The translations under genes were made by a program, and so were the position numbers. From positions 2,825-66,824 of the forward strand of contig CBFHUI010000004.1 in assembly GCA_965658725.1 (NCBI GenBank): DNA of 64,000 bases, read 5' to 3'. The stretch comes from Alphaproteobacteria bacterium (lineage in GTDB: Bacteria > Pseudomonadota > Alphaproteobacteria > UBA7985). Shown piece after piece: positions 17,276 to 27,941 of this stretch. The notes under the pieces are model-generated. The model searched no databases. It saw nothing but the letters and a program-made list of their open reading frames with translations, and was not told the DNA's origin. Numbering within the stretch: position 1 is the first letter of the stretch; every line of letters starts with the position of its first letter.

Positions 17276-19186
17276 ATGACCGACAATACAGCCAACCCCG
17301 GCCAATCCAAAGACGCCGCCGGGTCGGCAGTTCCCCGGACCAAAGGCCCTTCCGCCGGGACGCCAGCTGGCTCTGGCGGCGCGCCGGATACGCCAAAGGC
17401 GTCTTACGAGCGGGACGGCAACCAATTCGTTACTGCACTGAACCTGCTGCGCTACCTCTGGCCTGCTGACAAGCCGCGTCTGCGGTTGCTGTTCGTTCTG
17501 ACTGGACTGGCGATTTTGGCTGGACAGCTGTTCCTGGCCGTGACGCCGTTGGTGTTTGCAACGGCGGTGGATGCGGTTGGGGGTGAGGGCGCCTTTCCGA
17601 ACGCTTCTCTGGCGTTGATCGTCGGTCTCGTCGCCGCCTTTGGCCTCGCGCGCTTGCTGGCGCAGGGCAGTCAGGAGCTGAGTTCCGCGCTGTTTATCTT
17701 CGTGGGACAGAACGGGATTCGCACGGTTGCGCTGGAAACCTTCAAACACCTGCACCAGTTGAGCCTGCGCTTCCACCTCGACCGTCAGACCGGGGGGTTG
17801 AGCCGGGCGATTGAGCGGGGGACAAAGGGCATCGAATTCGTGCTGCGGATGATGACCTTTAACCTCGTGCCCACGACTTTTGCGATTGTGATCGTAAGCG
17901 TCATCCTACTGGTCAACTTCGGTGCGATTTACGCCATCATCACCTTTGTCACCGTGGTCGGTTACATCATTTACACGATCGCCGTAACCGAATGGCGCAT
18001 CAAGTATCGCCGGATGATGAACCAGACCGACTCAGAAGCGACGACCAAGGCTGTAGACTCGCTGCTGAACTACGAGACGGTGAAGTATTTCTCCAACGAA
18101 GACCACGAAGCCGTGCGCTATGACAGCGCGCTGCGAGGCTACGAGTCCGCTGCGGTGAACAGCCAGCTGTCCCTGTCACTGCTCAACCTCGGCCAAGGCG
18201 TGATCATCGCGGGTGGGCTGGTGCTGCTGCTCAGCCTGGCTGTGCCGTCCGTCATGTCGGGCGAGATGACCGTGGGCGACTTTGTGGCGATTCAAGCCTA
18301 TCTGATCCAGCTTTACCTCCCGCTCAACTTCCTCGGTTTCGCCTACCGTGAGATCAAACAGGGGCTGGTGGACATGGAGTACATGTTCAACCTGCTCGAA
18401 GTGGAGCGCGAAGTGCCTGACGGGCCTGGCGCAACAGATATTGCCGTAAGCGGCGGTCTGCTGGCCTTCCGCGATGTTGATTTTGGCTACAACAACGATC
18501 GCCAGATTCTGCACAAGCTCGATTTTGAGGTGCAGCCGGGAAAGACGTTGGCCATTGTCGGGCCGAGTGGTTCGGGCAAGTCTACCATCGGCCGCATGCT
18601 GTTCCGCTTCTATGACGTCTGGGACGGTGGCATTGAGATCGACGGGCAAGACTTGCGGGGCGTGACGCAGTCTTCCCTGCGCGAGGTGATCGGGATCGTG
18701 CCGCAGGACACCGTGCTGTTCAACGACACCATCGCCTATAACATCGCCTATGGCCGCCCGAATGCGAGCCGCGATGAGGTGATCGAAGCGGCCAAGCTGG
18801 CGCAGATCCACAACTTCATCCTTGATCTCCCCGAAGGCTACGACACTCGCGTGGGTGAGCGAGGGCTCAAGCTCTCAGGCGGGGAGCGTCAGCGGGTCTC
18901 GATCGCGCGGACGATCCTGAAAAATCCGGCCATCTTGCTGTTCGACGAAGCCACTTCGGCCCTCGACACCGACACCGAGTCGGCGATTCAGGCGTCTTTG
19001 GCAGCGGTTTCCCGGGATCGCACCACGCTCGTAATCGCGCACCGCCTCTCGACTGTGGTCGATGCAGACGAGATTATTGTGCTCGATAAGGGCCGAATCG
19101 TCGAAAAAGGCGCGCATCAGGCGCTTTTGGAGCGCGATGGGGTCTATGCGCACATGTGGCATTCGCAACAGGAAGCTGATGAGTAA
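17276..19186 (+). CDS. ATM1/HMT1-type ABCB half transporter (TMD+NBD)
   Basis: SLRFHLDRQTGG, DSLLNYETVKYF, GPSGSGKST, LSGGERQR, LLFDEATSALD; ATG 17276. Confidence 0.92.
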   Translation: MTDNTANPGQSKDAAGSAVPRTKGPSAGTPAGSGGAPDTPKASYERDGNQFVTALNLLRYLWPADKPRLRLLFVLTGLAILAGQLFLAVTPLVFATAVDAVGGEGAFPNASLALIVGLVAAFGLARLLAQGSQELSSALFIFVGQNGIRTVALETFKHLHQLSLRFHLDRQTGGLSRAIERGTKGIEFVLRMMTFNLVPTTFAIVIVSVILLVNFGAIYAIITFVTVVGYIIYTIAVTEWRIKYRRMMNQTDSEATTKAVDSLLNYETVKYFSNEDHEAVRYDSALRGYESAAVNSQLSLSLLNLGQGVIIAGGLVLLLSLAVPSVMSGEMTVGDFVAIQAYLIQLYLPLNFLGFAYREIKQGLVDMEYMFNLLEVEREVPDGPGATDIAVSGGLLAFRDVDFGYNNDRQILHKLDFEVQPGKTLAIVGPSGSGKSTIGRMLFRFYDVWDGGIEIDGQDLRGVTQSSLREVIGIVPQDTVLFNDTIAYNIAYGRPNASRDEVIEAAKLAQIHNFILDLPEGYDTRVGERGLKLSGGERQRVSIARTILKNPAILLFDEATSALDTDTESAIQASLAAVSRDRTTLVIAHRLSTVVDADEIIVLDKGRIVEKGAHQALLERDGVYAHMWHSQQEADE

Positions 19187-19275
19187 CTGCCGCAAGGCTT
19201 AGCACTGGCTTTTCCACAGTTCTTTGCGTAGAAAGCTGCATCCGTTTGACCACGATTTAAGTAGGAGCGAGGCTC

Positions 19276-19566
19276 ATGTCCCGCCGCTGTGATTTTGTTG
19301 GCCGTAAGCCACAAGCTGGTAACACCGTTTCGCACGCTATGAACAAGCGTCGCCGCCGGTGGCTGCCAAACCTGCAAAACGCGACCCTGCACTCTGATAT
19401 TCTGCAGGAAGGTGTCCGCGTTCGTCTGTCCACTCGTGCGATCCGCACCATCGAAAAGAACGGTGGTCTGGACAGCTTCCTGATGGGCACCCCGAACCGC
19501 AAGCTGGGTCCAGATGCGCTTGAGATCAAGAAGCGTCTGGAAAAGGCTCAGGCTGCTGCTGCCTAA
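19276..19566 (+). CDS. rpmB: 50S ribosomal protein L28
   Basis: [34 protein letters not shown]. Confidence 0.96.
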   Translation: MSRRCDFVGRKPQAGNTVSHAMNKRRRRWLPNLQNATLHSDILQEGVRVRLSTRAIRTIEKNGGLDSFLMGTPNRKLGPDALEIKKRLEKAQAAAA

Positions 19567-20625
19567 CTAAGGCAACTGTGCGAGCGCCCACTGGGCGCTT
19601 TCAGCCACGATTGAGTTTTCAGAGCGTGCGAGCTGCTTTAGTGGCTCGCGCGCTTTTTCTTGTCCTGAATTTCCTAAGCAAATGCTCAGGTTGCGCAGGA
19701 AGCGGACGATCCCGATGCGCTTGATGGGCGAGCCGGCGAAGGCTTCGCGAAAGCGCGTGTCATCGAAGTCGGTGAAGTCTAGCAGCTGCGCCTGATCCAC
19801 CACATCCCGCGGCTTGAAGCCTGCTTCTGCGGTCGCCTGAGCAAACTTGTTCCACGGACAAACGGCAAGGCAGTCGTCACAGCCATAGATCCGGTTGCCC
19901 ATAGCCTTTCGAAACGCCACGGGAATAGGGCCCTCGTGCTCGATGCTCAGATAAGCCAGACAGCGCGTGGCGTCCAACTGATAGGGCGCCGGAATGGCCT
20001 GGGTGGGGCATATGTCGATGCAGCGGGTGCAGCTGCCGCAGTGGTCTTCGGTTGGCGTGTCGGGCGGCAGGTCGAAGCTTAGGTAAATCACCCCCAGAAA
20101 CAGCCACGAGCCGAAGTCGGGAGAGACGAGGTTGGTGTGCTTGCCTTGCCAGCCCACTTGCGTCTGCGCGGCGAGGGCCTTTTCCGGCACTGGGGCTGTA
20201 TCGACGAAGACTTTCAGCTCCCGGCCCGTCTGCTCCCCAATCCAACGCCCCAAACGCTTGAGACGCTTTTTGAGGATGTCGTGATAGTCCCGGTTTTCGG
20301 CATAAACGGAGACATTGGCCCGCGCGGGCTGGCTCAGGCGCTTGAGCGGGTCGTCTTCCGGGCCATAGTTCAGGCCGACAATGACTGTTGAGCGCGCGTC
20401 GGGCCAAAGGGTTTGCGGGTCCGACCGCTGGTCGAGCCGGCGCTCCATCCAGTCCATGGTCCCGTGCTCGCCTTGAGCGACAAAGGACTGATAGCGGGCG
20501 GTGTTTCGCTGGGGGATGCTGGCCGGGCCGAACCCCACGCTGTCAAAGCCAAGCGCCAGCGCCTCCGCTCGGATCGCGTCGCGCAGCGCCGTGGGGTCAG
20601 AGAGGGTCGATGTCGCCTCGGGCAT
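19567..20625 (-). CDS. queG: Epoxyqueuosine reductase
   Basis: [49 protein letters not shown]. Confidence 0.95.
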   Translation of the reverse strand: MPEATSTLSDPTALRDAIRAEALALGFDSVGFGPASIPQRNTARYQSFVAQGEHGTMDWMERRLDQRSDPQTLWPDARSTVIVGLNYGPEDDPLKRLSQPARANVSVYAENRDYHDILKKRLKRLGRWIGEQTGRELKVFVDTAPVPEKALAAQTQVGWQGKHTNLVSPDFGSWLFLGVIYLSFDLPPDTPTEDHCGSCTRCIDICPTQAIPAPYQLDATRCLAYLSIEHEGPIPVAFRKAMGNRIYGCDDCLAVCPWNKFAQATAEAGFKPRDVVDQAQLLDFTDFDDTRFREAFAGSPIKRIGIVRFLRNLSICLGNSGQEKAREPLKQLARSENSIVAESAQWALAQLP

Positions 20626-21727
20626 AGCCAGCCAGCACTCCCGCTTCAAAGTCCGCGAAGGCCCCGGCTTCAATCGCCGAGCGCATGCGCGCCATCAGGT
20701 CCTGATAGTGCTGGATATTGTGCCACGTCAGCAGCATCGCGCCGAGCATTTCGTCAGCGCGGTGCAAATGCCGGATGTAGGCGCGGGAATAGTTGCGGCA
20801 GGCGGGGCAGCTACAGTCCTCATCGATCGGCCGTGGGTCGTCCTGATGCCGGGCGTTGCGCATGTTGATCGGGCCTCGCCAAGTGAAGGCCTGCCCCGTC
20901 CGTCCCGAGCGCGTTGGCAGCACGCAGTCGAACTGATCGACCCCGCGCTTGACCCCACCGATCAGATCCAAGGGCTTACCCACGCCCATAAGGTAACGTG
21001 GCTTTTCACGGGGGAGAAAGGGCTCGCAGACATCGAGCGTCTCAAACATCAGTTCCTGCCCCTCACCCACGGCCAGACCGCCGATGGCGATGCCGTGGAA
21101 GTCCATGGGCGTCAGCGCCTTGATCGACTCTTCGCGCAAGTCCGCAAACACTGACCCTTGCGCAATACCATAAACCCCGTACCCGGTCCGCTCGACCCAT
21201 GCCTCGCGTGAGCGCTTAGCCCAGCGCACGGAGAGCTGCATGGAGTTATAGGCCCCGGCTTTGTCGATCGGGAAAGGCGTGCACTCGTCCAGTGCCATGG
21301 TAATCGTAGCGTCCAGCAAGCGCTGGATGTCCATGGAATCTTCCGGCGTAAGCCTGTGCTTGGAGCCGTCGATATGGCTGCGGAAGGTCACGCCCTCCTC
21401 CGTCAGCTTGCGCAGATCAGCCAGCGACATGACTTGATAGCCGCCAGAATCGGTCAGGATCGGACCTTCCCAGTTCATGAACTGGTGCAAGCCGCCAAGG
21501 TTATGGATGCGCTGTGCCGTTGGGCGGATCATCAGATGGTAGGTGTTGCCCAGAATGATTTCTGCGCCAGTGGAACGCACGCTCTCGGGTGTCATGGCTT
21601 TGACAGTAGCGGCGGTGCCAACGGGCATGAAGGCAGGGGTTTCGACCGTGCCGTGCGCGGTGTGGATCCGACCCCGGCGCGCGGCGCCATCGGTGTTCAG
21701 AAGCTCAAAGGAAAATGGCGTGCTCAT
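20597..21727 (-). CDS. tgt: tRNA-guanine transglycosylase
   Basis: [56 protein letters not shown] Zn site. Confidence 0.97.
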   Translation of the reverse strand: MSTPFSFELLNTDGAARRGRIHTAHGTVETPAFMPVGTAATVKAMTPESVRSTGAEIILGNTYHLMIRPTAQRIHNLGGLHQFMNWEGPILTDSGGYQVMSLADLRKLTEEGVTFRSHIDGSKHRLTPEDSMDIQRLLDATITMALDECTPFPIDKAGAYNSMQLSVRWAKRSREAWVERTGYGVYGIAQGSVFADLREESIKALTPMDFHGIAIGGLAVGEGQELMFETLDVCEPFLPREKPRYLMGVGKPLDLIGGVKRGVDQFDCVLPTRSGRTGQAFTWRGPINMRNARHQDDPRPIDEDCSCPACRNYSRAYIRHLHRADEMLGAMLLTWHNIQHYQDLMARMRSAIEAGAFADFEAGVLAGYARGDIDPL

Positions 21728-22773
21728 GAGGGGTCGCGAAGCTCCAGAAAACAACCGTCGCCGTAGCTGAAGAAGCGGTAGCGCTGGGCGACGGCGTGTG
21801 CGTAGGCGGCTTTCATGGCGTCCGTGCCGCTGAAGGCACAGACCAGCATGAACAGCGTCGATTGCGGTAAGTGAAAGTTGGTGATCAGCGCATCGACCAC
21901 CTCGAAGCGGTCGCCGGGCTTGAGGAAAATATCCGTGTTCATCGCGCCTTCTTTCCCCCGCAGGCTTTCCAGCGCGCGCAGCACGGTCGTTCCCACCGCC
22001 ACCACGCGCCGGCCTTCGGCCTTGGCGGCGCGGATACGGGCGGCGTTTTCGGCGTCCAGCGCGCAGGATTCGCTGTGCATCTGGTGGTCAGATACGTCGT
22101 CAACACGGACTGGGGCAAAGGTACCCAGACCGACGTCGAGCCGGACTTCTGCCGTCTCCAACCCCTTGGCCGTGACCAGTGCGTCGAGGGTTTCCTCGTC
22201 GAAATGCAGGCTGGCCGTTGGTGCAGCGAGGGAGCCTTTCTCACGGCCGCAGAAGGTTCGGTAGTCGTCACGATCCTGCACTTCGCCACCCTTTTCCCGG
22301 CGGATATAGGGTGGGAGCGGCATGTGCCCCTGCGCGTCGATGGCGTCGAGCACGCTGCTGCCTTCTGCCGCGAAGCGCAGGCCGATGTCGGCACCATCCT
22401 TGGCCTCGACAGTGGCGGTCAGCGTGTCAGCGAACAGCAGGCGGTCGCCGGGTTCGAGCTTCTTGCCCGGCTTGGCGTAGCAGATCCACGTATCGCTCTG
22501 CTCCGTCTCGGCGACCAGCGTGACTTCGATCTGCCCGTCAAACACCCGCTCCCCCCGCTGCCGCCGACCGATCAGACGGCTGGCAAAGACCTGCGAGTTG
22601 TTGAACACCAGCAAATCACCGGTGCGCAGGCAGGCGTCGAGTTGCGCGAAGGTTCGATCCACCAGCGCACCATCTGCCGCAACGTGCAGCAGCTTTGCCG
22701 CGGAACGGGGGTAGAGAGGGCGCTGCGCGATGAGGTCTTCGGGCAGCGCGAAATCGAAGTCGCTAAGCCGCAT
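21724..22773 (-). CDS. queA: SAM:tRNA ribosyltransferase-isomerase
   Basis: [58 protein letters not shown]. Confidence 0.96.
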   Translation of the reverse strand: MRLSDFDFALPEDLIAQRPLYPRSAAKLLHVAADGALVDRTFAQLDACLRTGDLLVFNNSQVFASRLIGRRQRGERVFDGQIEVTLVAETEQSDTWICYAKPGKKLEPGDRLLFADTLTATVEAKDGADIGLRFAAEGSSVLDAIDAQGHMPLPPYIRREKGGEVQDRDDYRTFCGREKGSLAAPTASLHFDEETLDALVTAKGLETAEVRLDVGLGTFAPVRVDDVSDHQMHSESCALDAENAARIRAAKAEGRRVVAVGTTVLRALESLRGKEGAMNTDIFLKPGDRFEVVDALITNFHLPQSTLFMLVCAFSGTDAMKAAYAHAVAQRYRFFSYGDGCFLELRDPS

Positions 22774-23362
22774 TCGTCGAGCCGGAGCGTGCAAAAACGC
22801 CGGCGATCAGAAGGCGGAAGGGCACGAGGGCGACGACGGCGACAACGACCTTCACGCCGAAATCAACCGACGCATAGTTCATCCAGTTACCGGCGCCGCT
22901 GGCCGCGATGCTGTAGAAAATCACAGTGTCGATCAGGCTGGCAATCAGGGAGCTGACCAAGGGCCCAAACCACCAGGCTTGCTGGCGCAGGGCGTTAAAG
23001 ACGGACACGTCGAGTACTTGGCCAACGACAAAGGCGCTCAGTGAGCCCAGTGCAATCCGGCCTACAGACCACGGGTCGGTGAAACCTTCGCCAATGTTGC
23101 CGCCGCTGAGGAGGAAGTACGCCACCCCGCCCCCGAAACCGATGGCAATCACCCAAAACGCCCGCCGCGCGCCGAACAGGCGGTTGATGACGTCGGTGAT
23201 CAGAAAGGCGACAGGAAAGGTGAACTGGCCATAGTTGAACCAGTTGGCATTCAACCACTCGATCGGCATGGCGACGAGCACATTTGAGATATAGACGATA
23301 AAGGCCATGAGCGCGCCGGCAACCACCAGCGCAAGCAGATTGGCGTTCTGCTGCTGAGTCAT
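22763..23362 (-). CDS. Queuosine precursor transporter (YhhQ/VUT family)
   Basis: SNVLV, GQFTFPVAFLITD, RIALGSLSAFVVGQVLD, SLIDTVIFY; first gene of the queA-tgt-queG run. Confidence 0.88.
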   Translation of the reverse strand: MTQQQNANLLALVVAGALMAFIVYISNVLVAMPIEWLNANWFNYGQFTFPVAFLITDVINRLFGARRAFWVIAIGFGGGVAYFLLSGGNIGEGFTDPWSVGRIALGSLSAFVVGQVLDVSVFNALRQQAWWFGPLVSSLIASLIDTVIFYSIAASGAGNWMNYASVDFGVKVVVAVVALVPFRLLIAGVFARSGSTNAA

Positions 23363-23462
23363 TTGTTTTCTCCAGTTTTTCCCCGTCTGCGGCCCAACGA
23401 GCAGGAGGCTCGCGGGTTCAACGCATCGGGTCGGGTAACGGCTTGCTTCTAGGGGATTTTTG

Positions 23463-24422
23463 TCACGGACGCCACAGCAAGACGGCGATCATGGTGGGCA
23501 GCAGACCTATGAAATTGTTGTCTGTCGCAACAAACACGAGGAACTCACCCGGATCGGAGGTCGCCATTACGGCGACTGATTCCACATTCGCTACTGGACC
23601 CAGCAACGGGTCGAGGTCGAGGATGGCTTGGGGTTGCAGGCGGTTGCCTGCCGCGATGTCTTCAATCGGCACGACCATCAGCCGATTGCTCAACGGCTCG
23701 CGCATGGAGACAAACTTGCGCTCGCTGATCACCAGAAAGCGGCCGTCGGGGGTGACGTCTGCACCGGTCGGGGCGAAGACCTGATCCCACTCGTAGACGA
23801 GGATTGGCCAGTCGTCCGGCTCGCCTTCATAAATCCAGGCGCGCAGACCCCCCTCGCGCTCGACCCCTTCAGCGATGGCGAGCAAGCGGCTGTCGGGCAA
23901 GGTGGCGAGGGCTTCGACACCTTTGGAATTACGCGCAAGGCCCCGCAGAGCGGTGGGAACAGGCAGGTTGCTGATCCGTGTGCCCTCGCGCATGACGCCA
24001 ACCCGGTGACGCTCCTCAAAGCCAAAGGCCAGCCGCTCTTCCCACACCGCCAGCGATTCTGCTTGCCGCGCGGGTAAGCCGGTTTGCGCATCCAGCAGCC
24101 GTTCGATGGTCAGCCGATCATCTCGAAACCCTGTCACCCTTAGGCCTGATCCGGTTTCAAACAGTAGGTCGCCTCGCAGCAGATCGCCATTGTCAGTCAC
24201 AGCCAGAATGCGGATGCCGTCGGCGGTCCCTGCCGGCACCAGCCCAGCCCCCAGACCGCTCACCCCACCCAGCCGCCGGTCGTCTGAGCTCAGCGCCAGC
24301 CCGCCAACCCAAGTGAAAGCGTCAGGCAGTTCTGCAGGTTCGGGCAGGGGGGTGCTCACAAGGGACACGTGACGCTGTGCCAGTGCTGCAGGCGGCGCGG
24401 TCAGAACCAGCGTCGCAAACAT
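23463..24422 (-). CDS. Esterase-like activity of phytase family protein (secreted beta-propeller)
   Basis: GGVSGL, AVTDNG, ESLA, GFEERHR, KGVEALA, NVESVA, TDNNF; start uncertain, placed downstream of the infB terminator. Confidence 0.75.
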   Translation of the reverse strand: MFATLVLTAPPAALAQRHVSLVSTPLPEPAELPDAFTWVGGLALSSDDRRLGGVSGLGAGLVPAGTADGIRILAVTDNGDLLRGDLLFETGSGLRVTGFRDDRLTIERLLDAQTGLPARQAESLAVWEERLAFGFEERHRVGVMREGTRISNLPVPTALRGLARNSKGVEALATLPDSRLLAIAEGVEREGGLRAWIYEGEPDDWPILVYEWDQVFAPTGADVTPDGRFLVISERKFVSMREPLSNRLMVVPIEDIAAGNRLQPQAILDLDPLLGPVANVESVAVMATSDPGEFLVFVATDNNFIGLLPTMIAVLLWRP

Positions 24423-24438
24423 CAGGCTGCAGAACGGC

Positions 24439-24465
24439 AAAAGGCCCCCGAAGCGGGAGCCCTTT
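24439..24465 (-). terminator. Intrinsic terminator after infB
   Basis: Minus strand AAAGGGCTCCCG-CTT-CGGGGGCCTTTT. Confidence 0.7.
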
Positions 24466-24520
24466 GGCGGAGCCTTGGCGTTGCAAGGCTCCGTTCGATG
24501 CAAGGATGCAGTGGCGAACA

Positions 24521-27190
24521 CTAGAGCTGGCGAGCGATTTCTTCGATCTCGAAGCACTCGATCTGATCGCCGACCTGAACGTCCTGATAGTTCTCGAAGG
24601 CCATACCACATTCCAGACCGTTGGCGACTTCGCGGACTTCATCCTTGAAGCGGCGGAGGGTCTTGAGCGTGCCTTCGTGAATAACCGTATCGTCGCGCAG
24701 CAAGCGCACTTTGGCGCCGCGCTTGACCACACCTTCGGTAATCCGACAACCAGCCACGCGACCGACCTTCGTAACGTTGAAGGTTTCGAGGATCGTTGCG
24801 TAGCCCAGGAAGTTTTCGCGCTGTTCGGGCTTGAGCAGGCCGCTCATCATCGCTTTCACGTCGTCCACCAGCTCGTAGATGATCGAGTAGTAGCGGATGT
24901 CGATGCCGTCACGCTTGGCGCTTTCGCGCGCTTGCGCATTGGCTCGGACGTTGAAACCGACGACCATGGCGTTAGAGGCACGCGCCAGCGTGATGTCAGA
25001 CTCGGTGATACCGCCCACGCCTTGGTGCAGGACGTTGACTTTGACCTCTTCGGTGGACAGCTTCTGCAGCGTACCGATGATGGCTTCAACCGAGCCGTGT
25101 ACGTCACCCTTGATGACCACCGGCAGTTCTTCTGCCGTGCCTTCCTTGAGGGCGGAGAACATGGACTCGAGACTGCCTTTGGACGCCAGCGAAGCGGCTT
25201 CCTTGGCTTTTGCCTGCCGGAATTCAGCAACTTCCCGGGCGCGCGCTTCGGACTCAACCACGACGAACTCGTCACCGGCAACCGGGGTTCCGTTGAGGCC
25301 GAGGACTTCGATCGGGGTTGATGGTTTGGCTTGCTTGACCTGCTTGCCCTGATCGTTGATCAGCGCCCGCACTTTGCCCCACTCGGAGCCAGCGACGAAA
25401 ATGTCACCGATGTTCAGCGTGCCGCGCTGGATCAGGACGGTCGCAACGGAGCCACGGCCCTTTTCCATCTTGGATTCGACCACCGCACCGGAAGCCCGGC
25501 TGTCGGCGTTGGCCTGCAAGTCCAGAACTTCAGTCTGCAGCTCGATGGCTTCAAGCAAGGCATCCATGCCGTCGCCCTTGAGCGCAGAGACGTGCGCGAC
25601 CTGGACTTCACCACCCATGGATTCGACCTGCACTTCGTACTGCAGCAATTCCTGCTCGACATTCAGCGGGTTCGCGTCGGGCTTGTCACACTTGTTCACC
25701 GCCACGATCATCGGCACACCGGCCGCTTTTGCGTGGGCGATGGCTTCCTGCGTCTGAGGCATGATGCCGTCATCGGCCGCGACCACAAGGATCACCATAT
25801 CCGTAACGTTCGCCCCGCGGGCGCGCATCTCGGTAAAGGCAGCGTGGCCCGGTGTGTCGAGGAAGGTGATCAGCTTGCCGCTTGGCGCAGTAATCTGGTA
25901 GGCGCCGATGTGCTGCGTGATGCCGCCAGCCTCACCGGAGACCACGTTGGCCTTGCGGTAGAAGTCGAGAATCGAGGTCTTGCCGTGGTCAACGTGACCC
26001 ATGACGGTCACAACCGGCGGACGCGGGGCCTTAACGCCAGCGTCATCCACAGGGGTTGCGAGACCTTCGAGGACGTCTGCGTCAGCAACACGACGGATTT
26101 CGTGGCCCAGCTCTTCGACCACGAGTTCAGCGGTATCGGCATCGATCGACTGGTTGACCGTCGCCATCACGCCCATTTTCATCAGCACGCGAATGACGTC
26201 GCCAGAGCGCTCGGCCATCCGGTTGGCGAGTTCGCCGACAGTGATGGTTTCAGGCACGACAACTTCACGCACGATTTTCTGCTGCGTCGCGAGCGCTTCC
26301 TTGGCGCGCTGCTTTTCCCGCTCCCGCTGACGCCGGATGGAGGACAGGGAACGCATGCGATCCTCATCGCCCTCGAGCGCGTCGGCAACGGACATCTTGG
26401 AGCTGCGACGACGACCGGAGTCGTTCTTTGCACGCAAGGTGGTTTTCTTGGCCTGCTCGTCCGCGCCTTTGGCTTTCTTCACGCGACCAAAAACGGGAGC
26501 CTCTTCCGGACCGCGCTGCGGGCGCGGAGGCGCCTCGCCTTTCTTGGTGCGGGGGCGCTCTGCTTCGGGCGGTGCCGTGGCGGCTACTATTGGGGCGCTC
26601 GGGCCGTCATCGCGAGGAGACGGCTTGGACGCCTGTGCAGCAGCCTTTTTGGCGTCTTCGCTTTCGCGTTCAGACTGGCGGCGGGCTTCTTCAGCCTCGG
26701 CGAGCTGGCGCAGCTCATCCTGCCGTGCGCGCTCGGACGCTTCGCGGGCTTTCCGCTCCTGCTCCCGCCGGGCGGTCTCTTCGGCAAGCTGCGCGGCGCG
26801 CTCTGCTTCGCGGGCCTTGGCCTGCTCCAGAACCGCCATACGCTTGACGCGTTCGGACGCGGTCAGGTTGTCGTTGCTGTCCGCAGCAGCGGCCGGTGTA
26901 CGGCGCGCAGCTGGCGGGGCAGCCGCGTCACTAGAAGGCGTGGATTTCTTGAGGCTGGCGAGCCCTTCGGCCAGTTCCTGATTCGGAACGGCCGCCATCT
27001 TACCCGTGCTGCCGCGTTCGAAGGTACGCTTGGTACGCTTCTCCACCACGACCGTCTTCGAGCGTCCATGGCTAAAGGACTGCTTTACCTGACCGGCATC
27101 AACCGTTTTACGAAGTTCCAGCTTGCCGGGCTTTGACAAGCGCAGCGGCTGCTTGGAATCTTGGTTGTTGTTTTCGTTTTCGTTGGACAT
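24521..27190 (-). CDS. infB: Translation initiation factor IF-2
   Basis: [42 protein letters not shown]..., ECGMAF. Confidence 0.98.
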   Translation of the reverse strand: MSNENENNNQDSKQPLRLSKPGKLELRKTVDAGQVKQSFSHGRSKTVVVEKRTKRTFERGSTGKMAAVPNQELAEGLASLKKSTPSSDAAAPPAARRTPAAAADSNDNLTASERVKRMAVLEQAKAREAERAAQLAEETARREQERKAREASERARQDELRQLAEAEEARRQSERESEDAKKAAAQASKPSPRDDGPSAPIVAATAPPEAERPRTKKGEAPPRPQRGPEEAPVFGRVKKAKGADEQAKKTTLRAKNDSGRRRSSKMSVADALEGDEDRMRSLSSIRRQREREKQRAKEALATQQKIVREVVVPETITVGELANRMAERSGDVIRVLMKMGVMATVNQSIDADTAELVVEELGHEIRRVADADVLEGLATPVDDAGVKAPRPPVVTVMGHVDHGKTSILDFYRKANVVSGEAGGITQHIGAYQITAPSGKLITFLDTPGHAAFTEMRARGANVTDMVILVVAADDGIMPQTQEAIAHAKAAGVPMIVAVNKCDKPDANPLNVEQELLQYEVQVESMGGEVQVAHVSALKGDGMDALLEAIELQTEVLDLQANADSRASGAVVESKMEKGRGSVATVLIQRGTLNIGDIFVAGSEWGKVRALINDQGKQVKQAKPSTPIEVLGLNGTPVAGDEFVVVESEARAREVAEFRQAKAKEAASLASKGSLESMFSALKEGTAEELPVVIKGDVHGSVEAIIGTLQKLSTEEVKVNVLHQGVGGITESDITLARASNAMVVGFNVRANAQARESAKRDGIDIRYYSIIYELVDDVKAMMSGLLKPEQRENFLGYATILETFNVTKVGRVAGCRITEGVVKRGAKVRLLRDDTVIHEGTLKTLRRFKDEVREVANGLECGMAFENYQDVQVGDQIECFEIEEIARQL

Positions 27191-27298
27191 TTAGTCTTTC
27201 GTCGCCTTCTAAGCGCGGCATCGGCCGCGTCATCATTGGGGGGTTGTCAGCACATTGCGTTCATACCCGTGTGTTCTGGTTCCCGAAGGAAGCCGTTA

Positions 27299-27910
27299 CT
27301 ATGAAGCCGCCTCGGCGACCGGTGTGCGGGGCGCGGCCATGACGCTGAGCAGCGCATGGTCGGCCTTTATTGTCTTCGCCATTCCGGCGTCGGTAACGCC
27401 GGAACAGACTGCTGTTGCGCGACCCAGGGCCTGAGCCAGGATCTGCGCGGTTTCGCTTCGCAAGACTGCGGTTGCCGTGTCCTCTGCGATCCGGATCATC
27501 GGATCGAGCGTATTCGGACTGCCATCGGAGGCCAGAACCAGCAGCCGCAGCTTGCCTTGTCTGAGCTTGTCCTTGGTCTTTTCAGTCCCCACAACCAGCG
27601 CCCCCGAACGGCGCGCTAACCCCAGTCGATCCAGCATGATCTGCCGGATCTGTGTTTCTACCCGTACCGCCAAATCTGCAGGCACAGACGCCTCAGTTTT
27701 GGCAGAACGCGCAAAAGCGTTCTTCTTGACCGCAGTCTCTAGCACATCCCGTCGGGGAATTAACCAGATTCCACGGCCCGGCAGACGCTTGCCCATGTCA
27801 AAGGTCACTTGACCCGCAGGATCGAGGACAAAGCGCAGCATGTCGCTGCGGTCTGCGCTCTCTCCTGTAACGGCGCATTTGCGCTGCGGGTCTTTCTTGC
27901 TCATGGGCAT
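27299..27910 (-). CDS. YlxR/DUF448 RNA-binding protein with L7Ae-like C-terminal domain
   Basis: RKCAVTG, RFVLDPAGQV..D...LPGRGIW; LGLARRSG..V.G; located between nusA and infB. Confidence 0.85.
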   Translation of the reverse strand: MPMSKKDPQRKCAVTGESADRSDMLRFVLDPAGQVTFDMGKRLPGRGIWLIPRRDVLETAVKKNAFARSAKTEASVPADLAVRVETQIRQIMLDRLGLARRSGALVVGTEKTKDKLRQGKLRLLVLASDGSPNTLDPMIRIAEDTATAVLRSETAQILAQALGRATAVCSGVTDAGMAKTIKADHALLSVMAAPRTPVAEAAS

Positions 27911-27941
27911 GTGTGCGTCTTTTCAGCTGGTTCTCCCTGCC

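Noticed and set aside
23363-23410. Canonical preQ1-I riboswitch (CUGC-UCGUUGGGCC-GCAG plus tail)
   Set aside because: The closing pair is C-G rather than G-C, and the tail is G-rich and too long; kept only as a non-canonical candidate
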